The notes: a model not told the origin generated them from the letters alone. 64,000 nt of DNA from an uncultured Nitrososphaerota archaeon (GCA_963701075.1 OY969559.1:1504001-1568000), one strand, 5' to 3'; shown: positions 29,486 through 39,715, counted from the stretch's first letter. Made by a program: numbers and translations.

Positions 29486-30802
29486 CTATCGGAGGAGCGG
29501 ATAAAATAATTTTGCAACCTCATCGTCAGTGATTTTTCCTTCAGCCCACGAACAAATATCTGATTTATCAATTGATGAGCTTTGGTTTTGTGATTGAGGT
29601 ATAGAGATCATTTTATTTGAATTAAGGAATTGAATTGCGGCCTCAAAGTCACTGTCTTGTATACTTCCACTACACCAAAAGCCTGCCAGGTTTTTTACCC
29701 AAGAAGGTATAAAATTACTTTCTTGACTTACTGTCACAGAAAATGATTTTAGAACAGAGTTACCCTCCTGGTTTATTGCAGAACAGGTAACTGTTGTCGT
29801 ACCAATAGGAAAGAGAGAACCAGACGATGGATAGCAAACAGGATTTACTAATCCTTGAAGCACCGCAGAGTTGAGAAAGTCTACACTAGTTCCAGATGTG
29901 CTTGTAGTTTGAACAGTGATACTGTTAGACACAGGGACACTTGGTGCTCCCGGTGCAGTGTTTTGATAGTGTGTGCCAATTGTCACATATATGCTAGATT
30001 CAGATGGGATTGGTTCTGAATTATCTTCAAATGTAAATTCCAGAGTAGAGCCAATCTCAACTGGAAAACCATCAATTGCTCGCGGTATCTTAAAGGTGGC
30101 CGCAAAAGTGTTAGTGTTTGGACCCGTCTCTCTTAGAGTACCAGTACTTGTCTCAAATGCAGGATCTGCAAGAGTAGTGCTAACCCCAGCCATGTTGACT
30201 TGAACCAAGCTTAGTGGTATATCATCTGGAACTTCGGAATCCAAATTATAATTCGGGGCATAAACCTGAAGTGTAAAATATTGTCCAATGTTTACGCTTT
30301 GTTCTGATGGCTGTCCTACTGGATTTAATGGCACGGTTGATGGAGTGGAGGATGGTGCGGCAGATGGCATGGGTGATTGAATGGTTGATGGGGTGGAGCT
30401 TAGAACTACGGATTGTGTGATTGTTTGCGGATTCCCAGAATAATCTGCAGGTTCATGATATGTCATGAGTACCACGTCACCGTTTTGTAGTGGTTGTCCA
30501 TTGACAGAAGAGGGCAGAGTGAGTTGAAGTACGAATTGACCTGTATCAATGCCAGTTTCTACCATGCTAGATGGACCTGGTATTGGGGTTCCGTTAATAG
30601 TGAAATCAACCAAACCGGCTGTTGAAAGAGTCATAACGCCCTTATGGTCTGTAACCAAATTCTCATCATTGATATAGAAAGTGATAACTGTGCCGGGAGT
30701 AGCGGATTGTGCATAACAAATTGAGATTGGCAGTAAAAGCAAAACTATTGCAAGATATTTCATCATACTGTTTACAGCAACACATGTATAATTATATCTC
30801 AT
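29486..30802 (-). CDS. secreted protein with HYR domain and thaumarchaeal IPSWVKN-type C-terminal domain
   Basis: Signal peptide; SGSLFPIGTTTVTCSA; IPSWVKNLAGFW. Confidence 0.85.
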   Translation of the reverse strand: MRYNYTCVAVNSMMKYLAIVLLLLPISICYAQSATPGTVITFYINDENLVTDHKGVMTLSTAGLVDFTINGTPIPGPSSMVETGIDTGQFVLQLTLPSSVNGQPLQNGDVVLMTYHEPADYSGNPQTITQSVVLSSTPSTIQSPMPSAAPSSTPSTVPLNPVGQPSEQSVNIGQYFTLQVYAPNYNLDSEVPDDIPLSLVQVNMAGVSTTLADPAFETSTGTLRETGPNTNTFAATFKIPRAIDGFPVEIGSTLEFTFEDNSEPIPSESSIYVTIGTHYQNTAPGAPSVPVSNSITVQTTSTSGTSVDFLNSAVLQGLVNPVCYPSSGSLFPIGTTTVTCSAINQEGNSVLKSFSVTVSQESNFIPSWVKNLAGFWCSGSIQDSDFEAAIQFLNSNKMISIPQSQNQSSSIDKSDICSWAEGKITDDEVAKLFYPLLR

Positions 30803-31263
30803 GATGACTCGGATTTAGAGGCACTCAGGAATTTGTCTGCGTTGTCAACTATCTTCTTCAAACGGGGGCGCATTAATTCTAGATCGTCCTTTGACAATCC
30901 CTTGTAGAGCATCTTTCTTAATTGAAGAACTATCTCTATGATAGAATCAACAATAGATTCAGATTTTTTCGTAAGATATAGTCGGTTGTTCCTCCTATCT
31001 TTTGGATCGGGCTTTCGTTCAAGCAATCCATTTTTTTCCATCTTGTCTATTACAGGCACGAGAGTACTGCCATCAACATAGATTTTATCAGCAAGCTCTC
31101 TTTGGCTAAGTCCATCAAACAAATTTAGCGCTAAAATAACCTTCCATTGGCTAGATGTCAGTCCTAGTTTACTTTTGATCTCGTACTCTGTTACTCCCTC
31201 CATCGATTTCGATGTAAGAAAGATCAATGTTCCAATGCTATCGTTTAGATCTAATTTGCGCAT
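30799..31263 (-). CDS. MarR-family transcriptional regulator
   Basis: GLTSSQW, SQRELAD, DPKDRR, LYLT. Confidence 0.95.
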   Translation of the reverse strand: MRKLDLNDSIGTLIFLTSKSMEGVTEYEIKSKLGLTSSQWKVILALNLFDGLSQRELADKIYVDGSTLVPVIDKMEKNGLLERKPDPKDRRNNRLYLTKKSESIVDSIIEIVLQLRKMLYKGLSKDDLELMRPRLKKIVDNADKFLSASKSESS

Positions 31264-31281
31264 GTTTTATGTTGTATTAGG

Positions 31282-31306
31282 TGGTATACAAATCATTTGG
31301 ATACCA
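31282..31306. promoter_or_regulatory. palindromic operator candidate for MarR
   Basis: TGGTATACAAAT-C-ATTTGGATACCA near-perfect inverted repeat between divergent marR and SRPBCC genes. Confidence 0.6.
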
Positions 31307-31463
31307 ATAAGTTATATACCATAAAGCGAAATATAAGTCATGATAGAACCAAAAAACCTAAGTCGTCTCATCATTGCAACAGGTACATTAATTGCTTTGT
31401 TAGATGTCAATATGCAATGTATTGCACATGCAGGTTACACGATACAGGCAGATGAAGTAGGCT

Positions 31464-32009
31464 ATGCCACAACTTAGATCTGTCTATAGATCAAGAAATT
31501 TCATTTTCGGTTTGATAGCAATTATCGTACTAGTTCCAAGCATGCCATTATCATATGCTGATCGCATAATTGATGTACAAACAGTGGCAAATGTGAAAGA
31601 ACAATCATTACTCGCAGCTATATCTGACGTACAAAATTATCCACAAATCTTTCCTGATAATGTCAAATATGTCAAGATATTAAATAACCAAACAAATTTG
31701 GTGGATATGAACGCAGGCATAAATGGTATTTTCTTTGACACACAGGCAGTATACCAGCAATCACCAAATGGCACATACACAGTACAAGTGATATCAGGAG
31801 ATCTCAATGGAACCACATTGACAACAGAGTTGAACAAAACATGGGGCTTTAATGGGACACCAGGAATGGGAACTATAGCAAACATTAGTTTGGATTTGAA
31901 GACGTCTGGGTTTCTTTCGTGGATGCTGAGTTTTGTTCCCAATAGTTCGCTTAACTATGCGCTTCAAGACGGAATTAGCAAGTTTGTGGAATATGCAGAG
32001 CAGAACTAA
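31464..32009 (+). CDS. secreted SRPBCC/START-fold protein
   Basis: Signal/TM; ISDVQNYPQIFPDNVKYVKIL. Confidence 0.8.
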   Translation: MPQLRSVYRSRNFIFGLIAIIVLVPSMPLSYADRIIDVQTVANVKEQSLLAAISDVQNYPQIFPDNVKYVKILNNQTNLVDMNAGINGIFFDTQAVYQQSPNGTYTVQVISGDLNGTTLTTELNKTWGFNGTPGMGTIANISLDLKTSGFLSWMLSFVPNSSLNYALQDGISKFVEYAEQN

Positions 32010-32036
32010 ATTTAGAGAACCTTGCCTTTATTGACA

Positions 32037-32537
32037 TCAATTGGTTTTGTGTAGTTTTGGTTTTAACTTGGAGTTTTTTTTCAATAATTCCAAAGCAAGC
32101 GCTTTGTTGTTTAGAGCAATGTCATATTTTTTATCAATTTTGAGGGCAGAGTTAAAACACTTGATGGCGTCCTTTAACAGACCAAGCTCCCCAAGTGACA
32201 ATCCCTTGTATGCTATTGCCATAGCATATCTTGGTTGAACCTTAAGAACCCTATCATAACAATCAACTGCATCGTGATACTTACCTAGAGTATGGAGTGC
32301 AGCGCCCTTGTTTACAAGCGCATCCACATTATTGGCATCTATTTCAAGGGCAGCATCGTAGCACTTGACTGATTGTTTGACTTTGCCCAAGTTTTGAAGT
32401 GTAACACCTTTATTTATCAAGGCAGCCACATTGTGCGGCTCCTTGTATAAAACAAGATCATAATATTCCAAGGCAAGCGTGTACTCACCTTCTTCACACA
32501 ATTCATAGGCCTCATTTAGAAGAGAGGAATTTCTCAT
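32037..32537 (-). CDS. TPR-repeat protein
   Basis: Repeated AL.NKG..L..LG....A..CYD..L motifs. Confidence 0.92.
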   Translation of the reverse strand: MRNSSLLNEAYELCEEGEYTLALEYYDLVLYKEPHNVAALINKGVTLQNLGKVKQSVKCYDAALEIDANNVDALVNKGAALHTLGKYHDAVDCYDRVLKVQPRYAMAIAYKGLSLGELGLLKDAIKCFNSALKIDKKYDIALNNKALALELLKKNSKLKPKLHKTN

Positions 32538-32809
32538 CTTTTCGTACTATAAAACATCAAGATATTATTCTTTTAGTAGATAGCATGTTCGTTCCCAGTC
32601 AACAATTAGTTTCTTGTCCAAACTAGAAAAACATCCACTGCAATGTCACTTGTGTTAATTTACTTGCATACTACCTATTCATGCTTTAATACGATTTTCA
32701 CACACATGTTGGATCGAATCATTCGTAAAATGAGTCAATTTAACAAACTAATGAATGGAAGGTTCTAAATTCACAACAGTCTTTAAGGGATTTTTAGTGC
32801 GAGAGTCTG

Positions 32810-33439
32810 ATGCCTACAATAGTCTTCGACTTTGACGGTACCATAGCAGATACCCTATCTGTCGTGATAAAAATAGCCAACAAATTCGCTGACCATTACG
32901 GATATCGTAAGATACCTCTAAGCGATCTTCCAAAACTTCGAGAAAAAAAGCCCAGCGAGGTGCTAAAGCATTTGGGAATTTCAATCTTCAAGTTACCTAT
33001 TGTTGTAAGAAAAATAAGATTTGAGATGAACAAAGAGATAGCCCACCTACAAGCTGCCGTAGAGATTAGAGACGCACTTGTAAAGCTAAGAGAGAATGGA
33101 TGTGTGCTTGGCATACTAACTACGAATTCAAGAGAAAACGTTATGGAATTTTTAAAAAATAATGATTTGCAATTGTTTGATTTTGTATATACTGGAAGGG
33201 CGATGTATGGCAAAAGTAGGTTACTCAAAAAATTGATGAAAGAGAAAACAATACCCCATAATGATCCAATTTACGTCGGAGACGAGATAAGAGATATCGA
33301 GGCTGCAAAAAAAGCAGGTATCAGAGTCATTGGCGTTTCATGGGGATACAATACAAGGACCGCACTTCAAAAGGCAAATCCTGATTACATTGTAGAAAAA
33401 CCAGAAGAGCTTCAAGTGATTATTCTAAGTAATAACTAA
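32810..33439 (+). CDS. HAD-superfamily hydrolase
   Basis: FDFDGTIADT, YVGDEIRDIEAA, VSWGYN. Confidence 0.93.
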   Translation: MPTIVFDFDGTIADTLSVVIKIANKFADHYGYRKIPLSDLPKLREKKPSEVLKHLGISIFKLPIVVRKIRFEMNKEIAHLQAAVEIRDALVKLRENGCVLGILTTNSRENVMEFLKNNDLQLFDFVYTGRAMYGKSRLLKKLMKEKTIPHNDPIYVGDEIRDIEAAKKAGIRVIGVSWGYNTRTALQKANPDYIVEKPEELQVIILSNN

Positions 33440-33494
33440 TTGCAGATCATAGTACTAAGGTTTTTAGAGACATTGAGGGTACCACGTAATTAAA

Positions 33495-33698
33495 TTGAGT
33501 GCAGACGTTACAGAAGAAGAAAAGAAGGCACTTACTCCAGACTCTGGATTTAACCTATGTGGTATTGACTACTTTGAATCATTGGGCAGAAGGCTTTACC
33601 TAATAGAACACTACGAACGGTATCAAGACGCACTCAAGGCTAAAAAAGAAAGAGAAAATTCCAATGAATATCTCATTCTCTACAAAGGTTCTTCATAA
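33495..33698 (+). CDS. hypothetical protein
   Basis: ORF track; GFNLCGIDYFE motif. Confidence 0.75.
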   Translation: MSADVTEEEKKALTPDSGFNLCGIDYFESLGRRLYLIEHYERYQDALKAKKERENSNEYLILYKGSS

Positions 33699-33770
33699 TT
33701 GGAAGGACAGTACTTTGATCATGAATGGTAATGAGTTCATTTAATACCAAATAATTCAGATTGTGGTTCC

Positions 33771-34061
33771 ATGTCTCTGAATCTCGAATTTAAAAAATAT
33801 TTAGAAGAAACAATTCATGGCATAATAATTGGAATCCCAACACTGAAGAAAGAATATCCAAAATTCAAAAATGATTGGAAGTTCAGTAGTGAGTTTGATT
33901 TCCTGTACGGTTGCATAGTAGGTCAGATACTTGGGACAAGCCTTACTGCCTTCAAAATGATACATGATAGGGAAGCAAAACCTGATGAAATTTTATCAAT
34001 TGGCGAACTAATAGAATCATATTTTCCTCTAATTCGCGATGAGATACAAAATGCATCTTAA
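33771..34061 (+). CDS. hypothetical protein
   Basis: ORF track; DFLYGCIVGQI motif. Confidence 0.8.
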   Translation: MSLNLEFKKYLEETIHGIIIGIPTLKKEYPKFKNDWKFSSEFDFLYGCIVGQILGTSLTAFKMIHDREAKPDEILSIGELIESYFPLIRDEIQNAS

Positions 34062-34161
34062 CTTGTGTTTATAATTTTGAATTTCAAAAGAATTATCTTT
34101 ACTGTAAATTCTCGCCAGGAGGTCATTTCTTTCTACAATCTTTTATACCACGATTATAATC

Positions 34162-34425
34162 TCATTTTCCTTTGACAGGTTTTGATTTTTCATACATTTT
34201 TTTGAAGATTCTAACTGCTTCAAGATGAGAACAATTTGCCTTCAAGCCTTTACCATGATGAAATTTGTAAAAATTCTTGAATCCCTCACACTCGCAAGTT
34301 TCTGAGGTTACAAAATAAGACTTTGCCAGATCACTAGAAGATTTGACCTGATAGAGATCTTCCTCTATCTTTACTACACCATCTTTAGCCAAAGCCTTTG
34401 CCTTTTTGATCGTATTTGCACTCAT
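34162..34425 (-). CDS. SWIM-type zinc-finger protein
   Basis: YQVKSSSD..KSYFV...TCECEGF...CSHLEAV. Confidence 0.85.
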   Translation of the reverse strand: MSANTIKKAKALAKDGVVKIEEDLYQVKSSSDLAKSYFVTSETCECEGFKNFYKFHHGKGLKANCSHLEAVRIFKKMYEKSKPVKGK

Positions 34426-34542
34426 GGTTTAGCAATTAGCACCGCTTGTTAAAAAGTACTTGAAAGCAAGGTTGCCATTAGAGACCATGTTTGAATTCAC
34501 ACATTCAAAAAATATTATATCATATGAAATTGCATATCATAC

Positions 34543-34890
34543 ATGATTAGTGAAAGAATACTAAACATGGTAAACAAAGGAAAAATTACAATAAGCATAG
34601 ACGGCAAGCCCATCATGTCACTTGACAGAAATTCCAAATCACTTGATCTTGAGATATCAGGGGTTGAGAAAACTAACTTGAAATTATCCAATCTATTTGA
34701 GGCAAAAACAATCAAGGGAAGAATGTTTTTGGAAGCCTCTCAGCTAGTGAAAAAATTTACTAAAGACGGATGGATGTTTTCATTATATGACAGGGGCGAG
34801 CGCCTTCTTACTACTAGTACTCCTTCCAGATTTGGCCTGCATCTTCGCTTCAACCCCCTAAAGTTGAGACGAATATTGAGTGTCCTCTAG
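34543..34890 (+). CDS. hypothetical protein
   Basis: ORF track 115 aa. Confidence 0.75.
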   Translation: MISERILNMVNKGKITISIDGKPIMSLDRNSKSLDLEISGVEKTNLKLSNLFEAKTIKGRMFLEASQLVKKFTKDGWMFSLYDRGERLLTTSTPSRFGLHLRFNPLKLRRILSVL

Positions 34891-35129
34891 CTTTTAGGTG
34901 TCAGTAGCACTACATTTTTCTTAGATGACGCCTTCTTTTCTTCTTCGGTTAATTCCCTTACATGTATAGACAGCGTTACAAGTCCATCTATTTCCAAAGT
35001 TTTTTCAATTCCTGGTAGTTTTATGTTTGTCTTTTGGAAGTTAATGTCTAGTTGCGAGTGCTTGTCAGCAAGTGATTCTATGAGACCCTCAAAGAAGCCT
35101 GCATCCATTCCTGAATCTTGTTTGCTCAT
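34887..35129 (-). CDS. hypothetical protein
   Basis: ORF track; start trimmed to MSKQDSG. Confidence 0.75.
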   Translation of the reverse strand: MSKQDSGMDAGFFEGLIESLADKHSQLDINFQKTNIKLPGIEKTLEIDGLVTLSIHVRELTEEEKKASSKKNVVLLTPKS

Positions 35130-35172
35130 GGCAGATATTATATGATTCAAAGTATTTACGCATTTAGTGACA

Positions 35173-35403
35173 TCAACACTGTGCAAGAAGTATCAATGTA
35201 GAACGAACGCCATCTATCCTTCGGATCTTTTCAGAAACGGTAGTGTTAATTTCATCGATTGTCTTTGATTCTATTTCCGCTACTATGTCATAATGACCTT
35301 CAGTACCTCGCGCTTCCTTTACTCTAGATATTGTCTTCAATTCTTCTAGTACTTGTTCCTCTTGTCCATAGTCACATGCGATCATGACATATGCAGTTGG
35401 CAT
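35173..35403 (-). CDS. stand-alone Lrp/AsnC ligand-binding (RAM) domain protein
   Basis: MPTAYVMIAC...GHYDIVAEIE...IRRIDGVRSTL. Confidence 0.92.
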   Translation of the reverse strand: MPTAYVMIACDYGQEEQVLEELKTISRVKEARGTEGHYDIVAEIESKTIDEINTTVSEKIRRIDGVRSTLILLAQC

Positions 35404-35527
35404 AAGAAACATACGGCATCATAATATTTCAAGGAATCTACACAAATAGAAGTAATACAGAAAAATATTGCATCAAATGTAATTTTCTGATTCACAACAT
35501 TTAATCTTATGACAAGGATTATCATTA

Positions 35528-35734
35528 TTGGAGACTATTATGGAACATGACGATGATGAATCTGAAATTCTAAAGGGAATGTTTGAAGAGATAATGAAAA
35601 TTATTCGTCAAAAACAGATCAAAATGGAATCCATTGTGCAAAGAGCTACAGAACAAGACATGATTTCTCAGGACTCATTTAACAGGATTTACAAGATACT
35701 CAGCGAATACGGCAAGAAAAAGCAGTGGATGTAA
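35528..35734 (+). CDS. hypothetical protein
   Basis: ORF track 68 aa. Confidence 0.65.
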   Translation: METIMEHDDDESEILKGMFEEIMKIIRQKQIKMESIVQRATEQDMISQDSFNRIYKILSEYGKKKQWM

Positions 35735-35748
35735 ATCAAATACAGGAA

Positions 35749-36201
35749 TTATGATTCCGGCCAATTAGCGCCGCATGCGTAACATATGCTTCTTACTCCA
35801 TTGTATCTCTCATCATAATATACACCACAATTCAGAGATTCACATCCCAGGCAGCTAACAAGGTTGTCAGAATCAAAAACTATGGTCTGTGATGGAAATT
35901 TGTGATTTAAAAGCACCATTATTGGGTGTGCCTTGCTCTTGTAAACAGCATATTTTCTTCCTTCAACTATAACAGAGGTATAGACCTGAATAAGATCACA
36001 TTTCTTTAGATTTTTGATCTTCTTGTATGCCAATGCTAACGAGATCTTACATTCTTTGCTTATGTCAAGGGTTGATTTTGGTGAATCAGTCAAAGATTCC
36101 AATATTTTTCTAGAATATTTATCGCCAAGAATCTTAAAGATGGTATTAACAGTGGACTCATCTTCTACTGTCTTTCCTCTGAGTATCAATTTCATATTCA
36201 T
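35749..36201 (-). CDS. ArsR-like wHTH regulator with C-terminal zinc ribbon
   Basis: LGDKYSRKIL...ISKECKISLALAYKKI; CLGC...CYAC. Confidence 0.85.
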   Translation of the reverse strand: MNMKLILRGKTVEDESTVNTIFKILGDKYSRKILESLTDSPKSTLDISKECKISLALAYKKIKNLKKCDLIQVYTSVIVEGRKYAVYKSKAHPIMVLLNHKFPSQTIVFDSDNLVSCLGCESLNCGVYYDERYNGVRSICYACGANWPES

Positions 36202-36388
36202 GATGTATCACGTTTCAGCAAAGTTGCTGTTAGATTATGGTTTTAAGACTCTGAAATAAAAAGAAATCTGTAACGGCATAACTTTTCATAGATACACTAT
36301 GGGCATTTTTTGCCCTTGAGCATAAACTATCTGTCGATCACGATAGTCACACCAGTACAAAAGAAGAGATTTTGATGACAAACTAGGC

Positions 36389-36516
36389 AAAAAAATCTTG
36401 GAGAGGCACCTTTGGTAGGGACCCCCTCCAATGTGAAGGTCGCTTGCCTGCCAAACGATTGACTAAGAGATATTATTCCAATGCAAAAAAAAGGATCGTT
36501 TGGGCAAACCTTCGAT
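36389..36516 (-). ncRNA. candidate two-hairpin non-coding RNA
   Basis: Stems GAAGGT/ACCTTC, TTGCC/GGCAA, CAAACGAT/ATCGTTTG and TTGGAG/CTCCAA; TATA-like CTATATG upstream and T7 run downstream on the minus strand. Confidence 0.55.
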
Positions 36517-36682
36517 ATAATGTCCACAAATTAGCATATAGAAGTCCCTCACAACCAAAGCTTAATTTTCATAACCCTAGCTGATTTGTCAGAAGATTCA
36601 GCTTTTTGTCGGAGTGTTTTTTGCAATAATTTCGGGCGTTATTAGATGACTCATCTACAGCATGTGTGTACCAAATATACAG

Positions 36683-37063
36683 TTATAATTTCATGTTAAG
36701 ACTTTTTATCTTCTGTATAATCGCATCATGATTTGAATTTGGTTCTGTGGACAGTATGAGTAAGCCATCGTCTAAAAAGAGAGTAATCAATTTCACTTTT
36801 TCCTTGGAGGTTATCATCCAGTTAGTCTTGCCAAGTGCTTCGTTAAACATGTCTTCCCATGAAGCTTTTATGGATGCTTGATAATGGGCCATACTGCTCA
36901 GTTCTTCATCAAGCAGAGATGCAGTATTTGGGCGTCTGGCAAAAGATATCAGTTTTCTGTCTTTTATTCTGCCTACAAAGCGAACAGAGTTATCCAGCCC
37001 TAAGATCTGTACACATGAATCCATCTGCTTAAAACTTTGTGTCAATTTCAATATGACAGGCAT
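36683..37063 (-). CDS. DUF6659/roadblock-like protein
   Basis: ILGLDNSVRFVGRI...LGKTNWMITSKEKVKLIT. Confidence 0.8.
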   Translation of the reverse strand: MPVILKLTQSFKQMDSCVQILGLDNSVRFVGRIKDRKLISFARRPNTASLLDEELSSMAHYQASIKASWEDMFNEALGKTNWMITSKEKVKLITLFLDDGLLILSTEPNSNHDAIIQKIKSLNMKL

Positions 37064-37260
37064 CGAAAAGGAAATTTAATTCTATGGATGTATTATGGTT
37101 ATATAGACATGATCGCGGTAGATTCGAAAATGCCATTTATTCAAATATAAAAAATTACCACGGCCTAGGAAGATAATTAAGATGATGATCTAATTTAACG
37201 AGTATATACAATAGACAAATTCAAGATGAGATTGTTAGCCTCTTGATGTGTTTTTCAAAT

Positions 37261-37467
37261 TCATGTCCATGATTTTGGATCTTTTTTCCAGATGCGAACC
37301 CCGTCAACAAAAACCTGTTTTTCCTCTTCAAATACAGTATGCCACCTGCCATCGTGAGGAAACATAGTATTCATCTCCCGCACTTTCTCATTAGTAGGTG
37401 CCGTATTCATGAGGGCACCCCATCTCATGTTTTGGATTTTCGGCATTATTTCATTGATGTCACGCAT
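37261..37467 (-). CDS. small hypothetical protein
   Basis: MRWGALMN...FPHDGRWHTV motif. Confidence 0.8.
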   Translation of the reverse strand: MRDINEIMPKIQNMRWGALMNTAPTNEKVREMNTMFPHDGRWHTVFEEEKQVFVDGVRIWKKDPKSWT

Positions 37468-37553
37468 GACTTTTCTATTATCAGGTTTCTTTTATTTGCT
37501 TTTTTTAAAAATTATGAGCTGTTTTAAGATTAAAACAGTGTAAGGCAGATTTC

Positions 37554-37799
37554 TTACTCTTCATTGATTAACATCGTAATGGTAGAGACAATCTTGTTTA
37601 CTTTTCTTATTTTACCAAGCGCATTTCTTATATCATCCATACTTGCACATTCAACTTTGACAATTATATCATACACCCCATAAACTCCTTGGATCTCACA
37701 CTTGACAGACGGGCTATCTTTTATGATTTCCTTTATTTTTGATATTATCTCAACTTCCGAATTGGGTTGACTATTTAGTAAGATGTATGCAGTTGGCAT
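37554..37799 (-). CDS. stand-alone Lrp/AsnC RAM-domain protein
   Basis: MPTAYILLN...GVYGVYDIIVKV...STITML. Confidence 0.92.
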   Translation of the reverse strand: MPTAYILLNSQPNSEVEIISKIKEIIKDSPSVKCEIQGVYGVYDIIVKVECASMDDIRNALGKIRKVNKIVSTITMLINEE

Positions 37800-38087
37800 A
37801 CCATATTTAGGAATCCATACTATTTCAGTGTGGGCATATTACAAATTCATATACAATTGCATAAATTTCACACATAACAAGATAGCAATCATCGAACCAG
37901 ACAGTTAATCGCCTAACAAGATGTTCACTGGTTATGAGCATACACACCAATGTTTCTTCCTTTGGTTGCTATCTAGTATATGATACACATCCGCGAAATA
38001 AAAGACTATGGAACATACCAAGTAATCTATTTGTAATTTCAATTTCCACACAGCGAGCTTTATTACTTTGATTAACGAATAATATAC

Positions 38088-38219
38088 ATGAGAAAAGAAT
38101 TTTGCCACGTTTGTAAAGAAGGCGGCAAACAATGCGTTGATGTTGATACCAAGGGTGAAGTTTACCTCAAAATGTTTGAGGTAAAATGCTCAAAATGCGG
38201 AGCCCCCTTGGCGGTCTGA
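38088..38219 (+). CDS. small zinc-ribbon protein (43 aa)
   Basis: MRKEFCHVCKEGGKQCVDVDTKGEVYLKMFEVKCSKCGAPLAV*; TTTATTA box upstream. Confidence 0.75.
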   Translation: MRKEFCHVCKEGGKQCVDVDTKGEVYLKMFEVKCSKCGAPLAV

Positions 38220-38294
38220 CACTGCACATCCACATTTTTGTGACTAGATTAGAAGATTACTAGTCAATTAATTCCCTACTGCAGTATATAGTCC

Positions 38295-38870
38295 ATGACA
38301 ACAATCGTAGGAATCAAGACAAGAAATGGAATAGTCCTAGGCTCAGACAAAAGAGCAAGCAAGGGATTCTTCATAGGATCAAAGATAGTCCAAAAGATTG
38401 CAAAGATAGATGAAACGCTGGCAGTGGCAATCGCAGGTCAGCTCTCTGATGCAGAATACATAATCAAGGTAGCAAAAGCAGAGAGAAGACTCATGGAACT
38501 TAGAAGAGGATTCCCTCTAACTGTAAAAGAGTCTACTAGATTGATTGCAAATCTGGCCTACTCTGGCTTGAGAAACTATCAGCCATACTATATTGAGTTA
38601 CTTGTGGCAGGAGTAGACCAACATGGTGCACATGTATATGCAGCCGATATGAGTGGTGCCATAACATCAGAAGACTTTGCCTCGTCAGGTTCTGGTTCTC
38701 CCATTGCATATGGAGTACTCGAAAGTCTATACAACAAGGAGATCAAAAATGAGCAAGCAAAGGAAATTGCTACGCGAGCAGTTGCTGCTGCAATGGAACG
38801 AGATCCAGGCTCAGGTAACGGAATAGATGTGCTAGCAATACCAATGATAACAAGGGAGGTTGCAGCATAA
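38295..38870 (+). CDS. psmB: proteasome beta subunit without propeptide
   Basis: MTTIVGIK...GSDKRAS...KI...SSGSGSPIAYGVLE...RDPGSGNGID. Confidence 0.93.
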   Translation: MTTIVGIKTRNGIVLGSDKRASKGFFIGSKIVQKIAKIDETLAVAIAGQLSDAEYIIKVAKAERRLMELRRGFPLTVKESTRLIANLAYSGLRNYQPYYIELLVAGVDQHGAHVYAADMSGAITSEDFASSGSGSPIAYGVLESLYNKEIKNEQAKEIATRAVAAAMERDPGSGNGIDVLAIPMITREVAA

Positions 38871-39536
38871 ATGTCAGAATCTTCAAATGCTGGAAGGTTT
38901 CCTTTCTATGGACCTCAAGGCAGACTTGTTCTAGTAGACAGCGCACTAGAAGCAGTAAGTCGCGGGTCAACCACAATAGGAATCAAGACTCCAAAATTTG
39001 CCATACTTTCAAGCCAGATAAAACCTACACACCCATTGATAGAACCATCTGAGAAAATATTCTCGATTGATTACCACGTAGGTGCTACGGGTTCAGGATA
39101 CATTGGAGATATCTTGCAGTGAATTGATACCCTGAGACTGGAAGCTCAGAAACACAAATTGACATATGAAAGCCCAATAGATACAGATTCTCTGGCAAAA
39201 CATCTCAGCACTTACCTACACAACTATACAACATATGCTGTAAGACCACAGGCGGCTTCAATAATAATAGCTGGCTCAGATGAGACAGGAGTACAGCTAT
39301 ATCAGGTGGACCCAAGTGGTACTTTCTTTAGGGGTTCCGGCTTTGTCATAGGTCAGGCATCAGACATAGCACTCGATGTGGTAACAAAGGAGTATAGCGC
39401 AGACTTGACCCAGCAACAGGCCATAGATCTATCAAAAAAGGCAATAGAGAAAGCACTTGGTGAAAAACCAATTGTTGAGACAGGCATTGTTCTTGCAAGC
39501 GAAAATACGTTCCACAAGCTTCCCTTAGACAAGTAA
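38871..39536 (+). pseudogene. psmA: divergent proteasome alpha subunit interrupted by an in-frame TGA at 39120-39122
   Basis: GPQGRLVLVDSALEAVSRGSTTIGI...EKIF.ID.H...GDILQ*IDTLRLEAQKHKLTYE...VRP...LYQVDPSG; both halves are in the same frame. Confidence 0.85.
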
Positions 39537-39632
39537 GATTCTCCCTACCTTCATTTTTTTTTTGCAGATATAGTCATGTATTCAGATCTATGCCAAACGT
39601 GTTATTTTACCAGATTATGATTGATAAAAAAA

Positions 39633-39680
39633 GAGATGCGATGAGAAATTCCAATGCAAGTGACTTCTCATCGTATTCTC
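39633..39680 (-). ncRNA. candidate hairpin small RNA
   Basis: GAGA..CGATGAGAA/TTCTCATCG..TCTC stem followed by T7; TATA-like element and TGGTAC-N11-GTACCA palindrome upstream. Confidence 0.4.
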
Positions 39681-39715
39681 GTTTTATTAACTGATAAAGA
39701 TATATTTTAAAAAAT

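Noticed and set aside
39120-39122. Selenocysteine recoding of the psmA TGA
   Set aside because: The position corresponds to a hydrophobic helix residue rather than Cys, and no SECIS-like element is evident.
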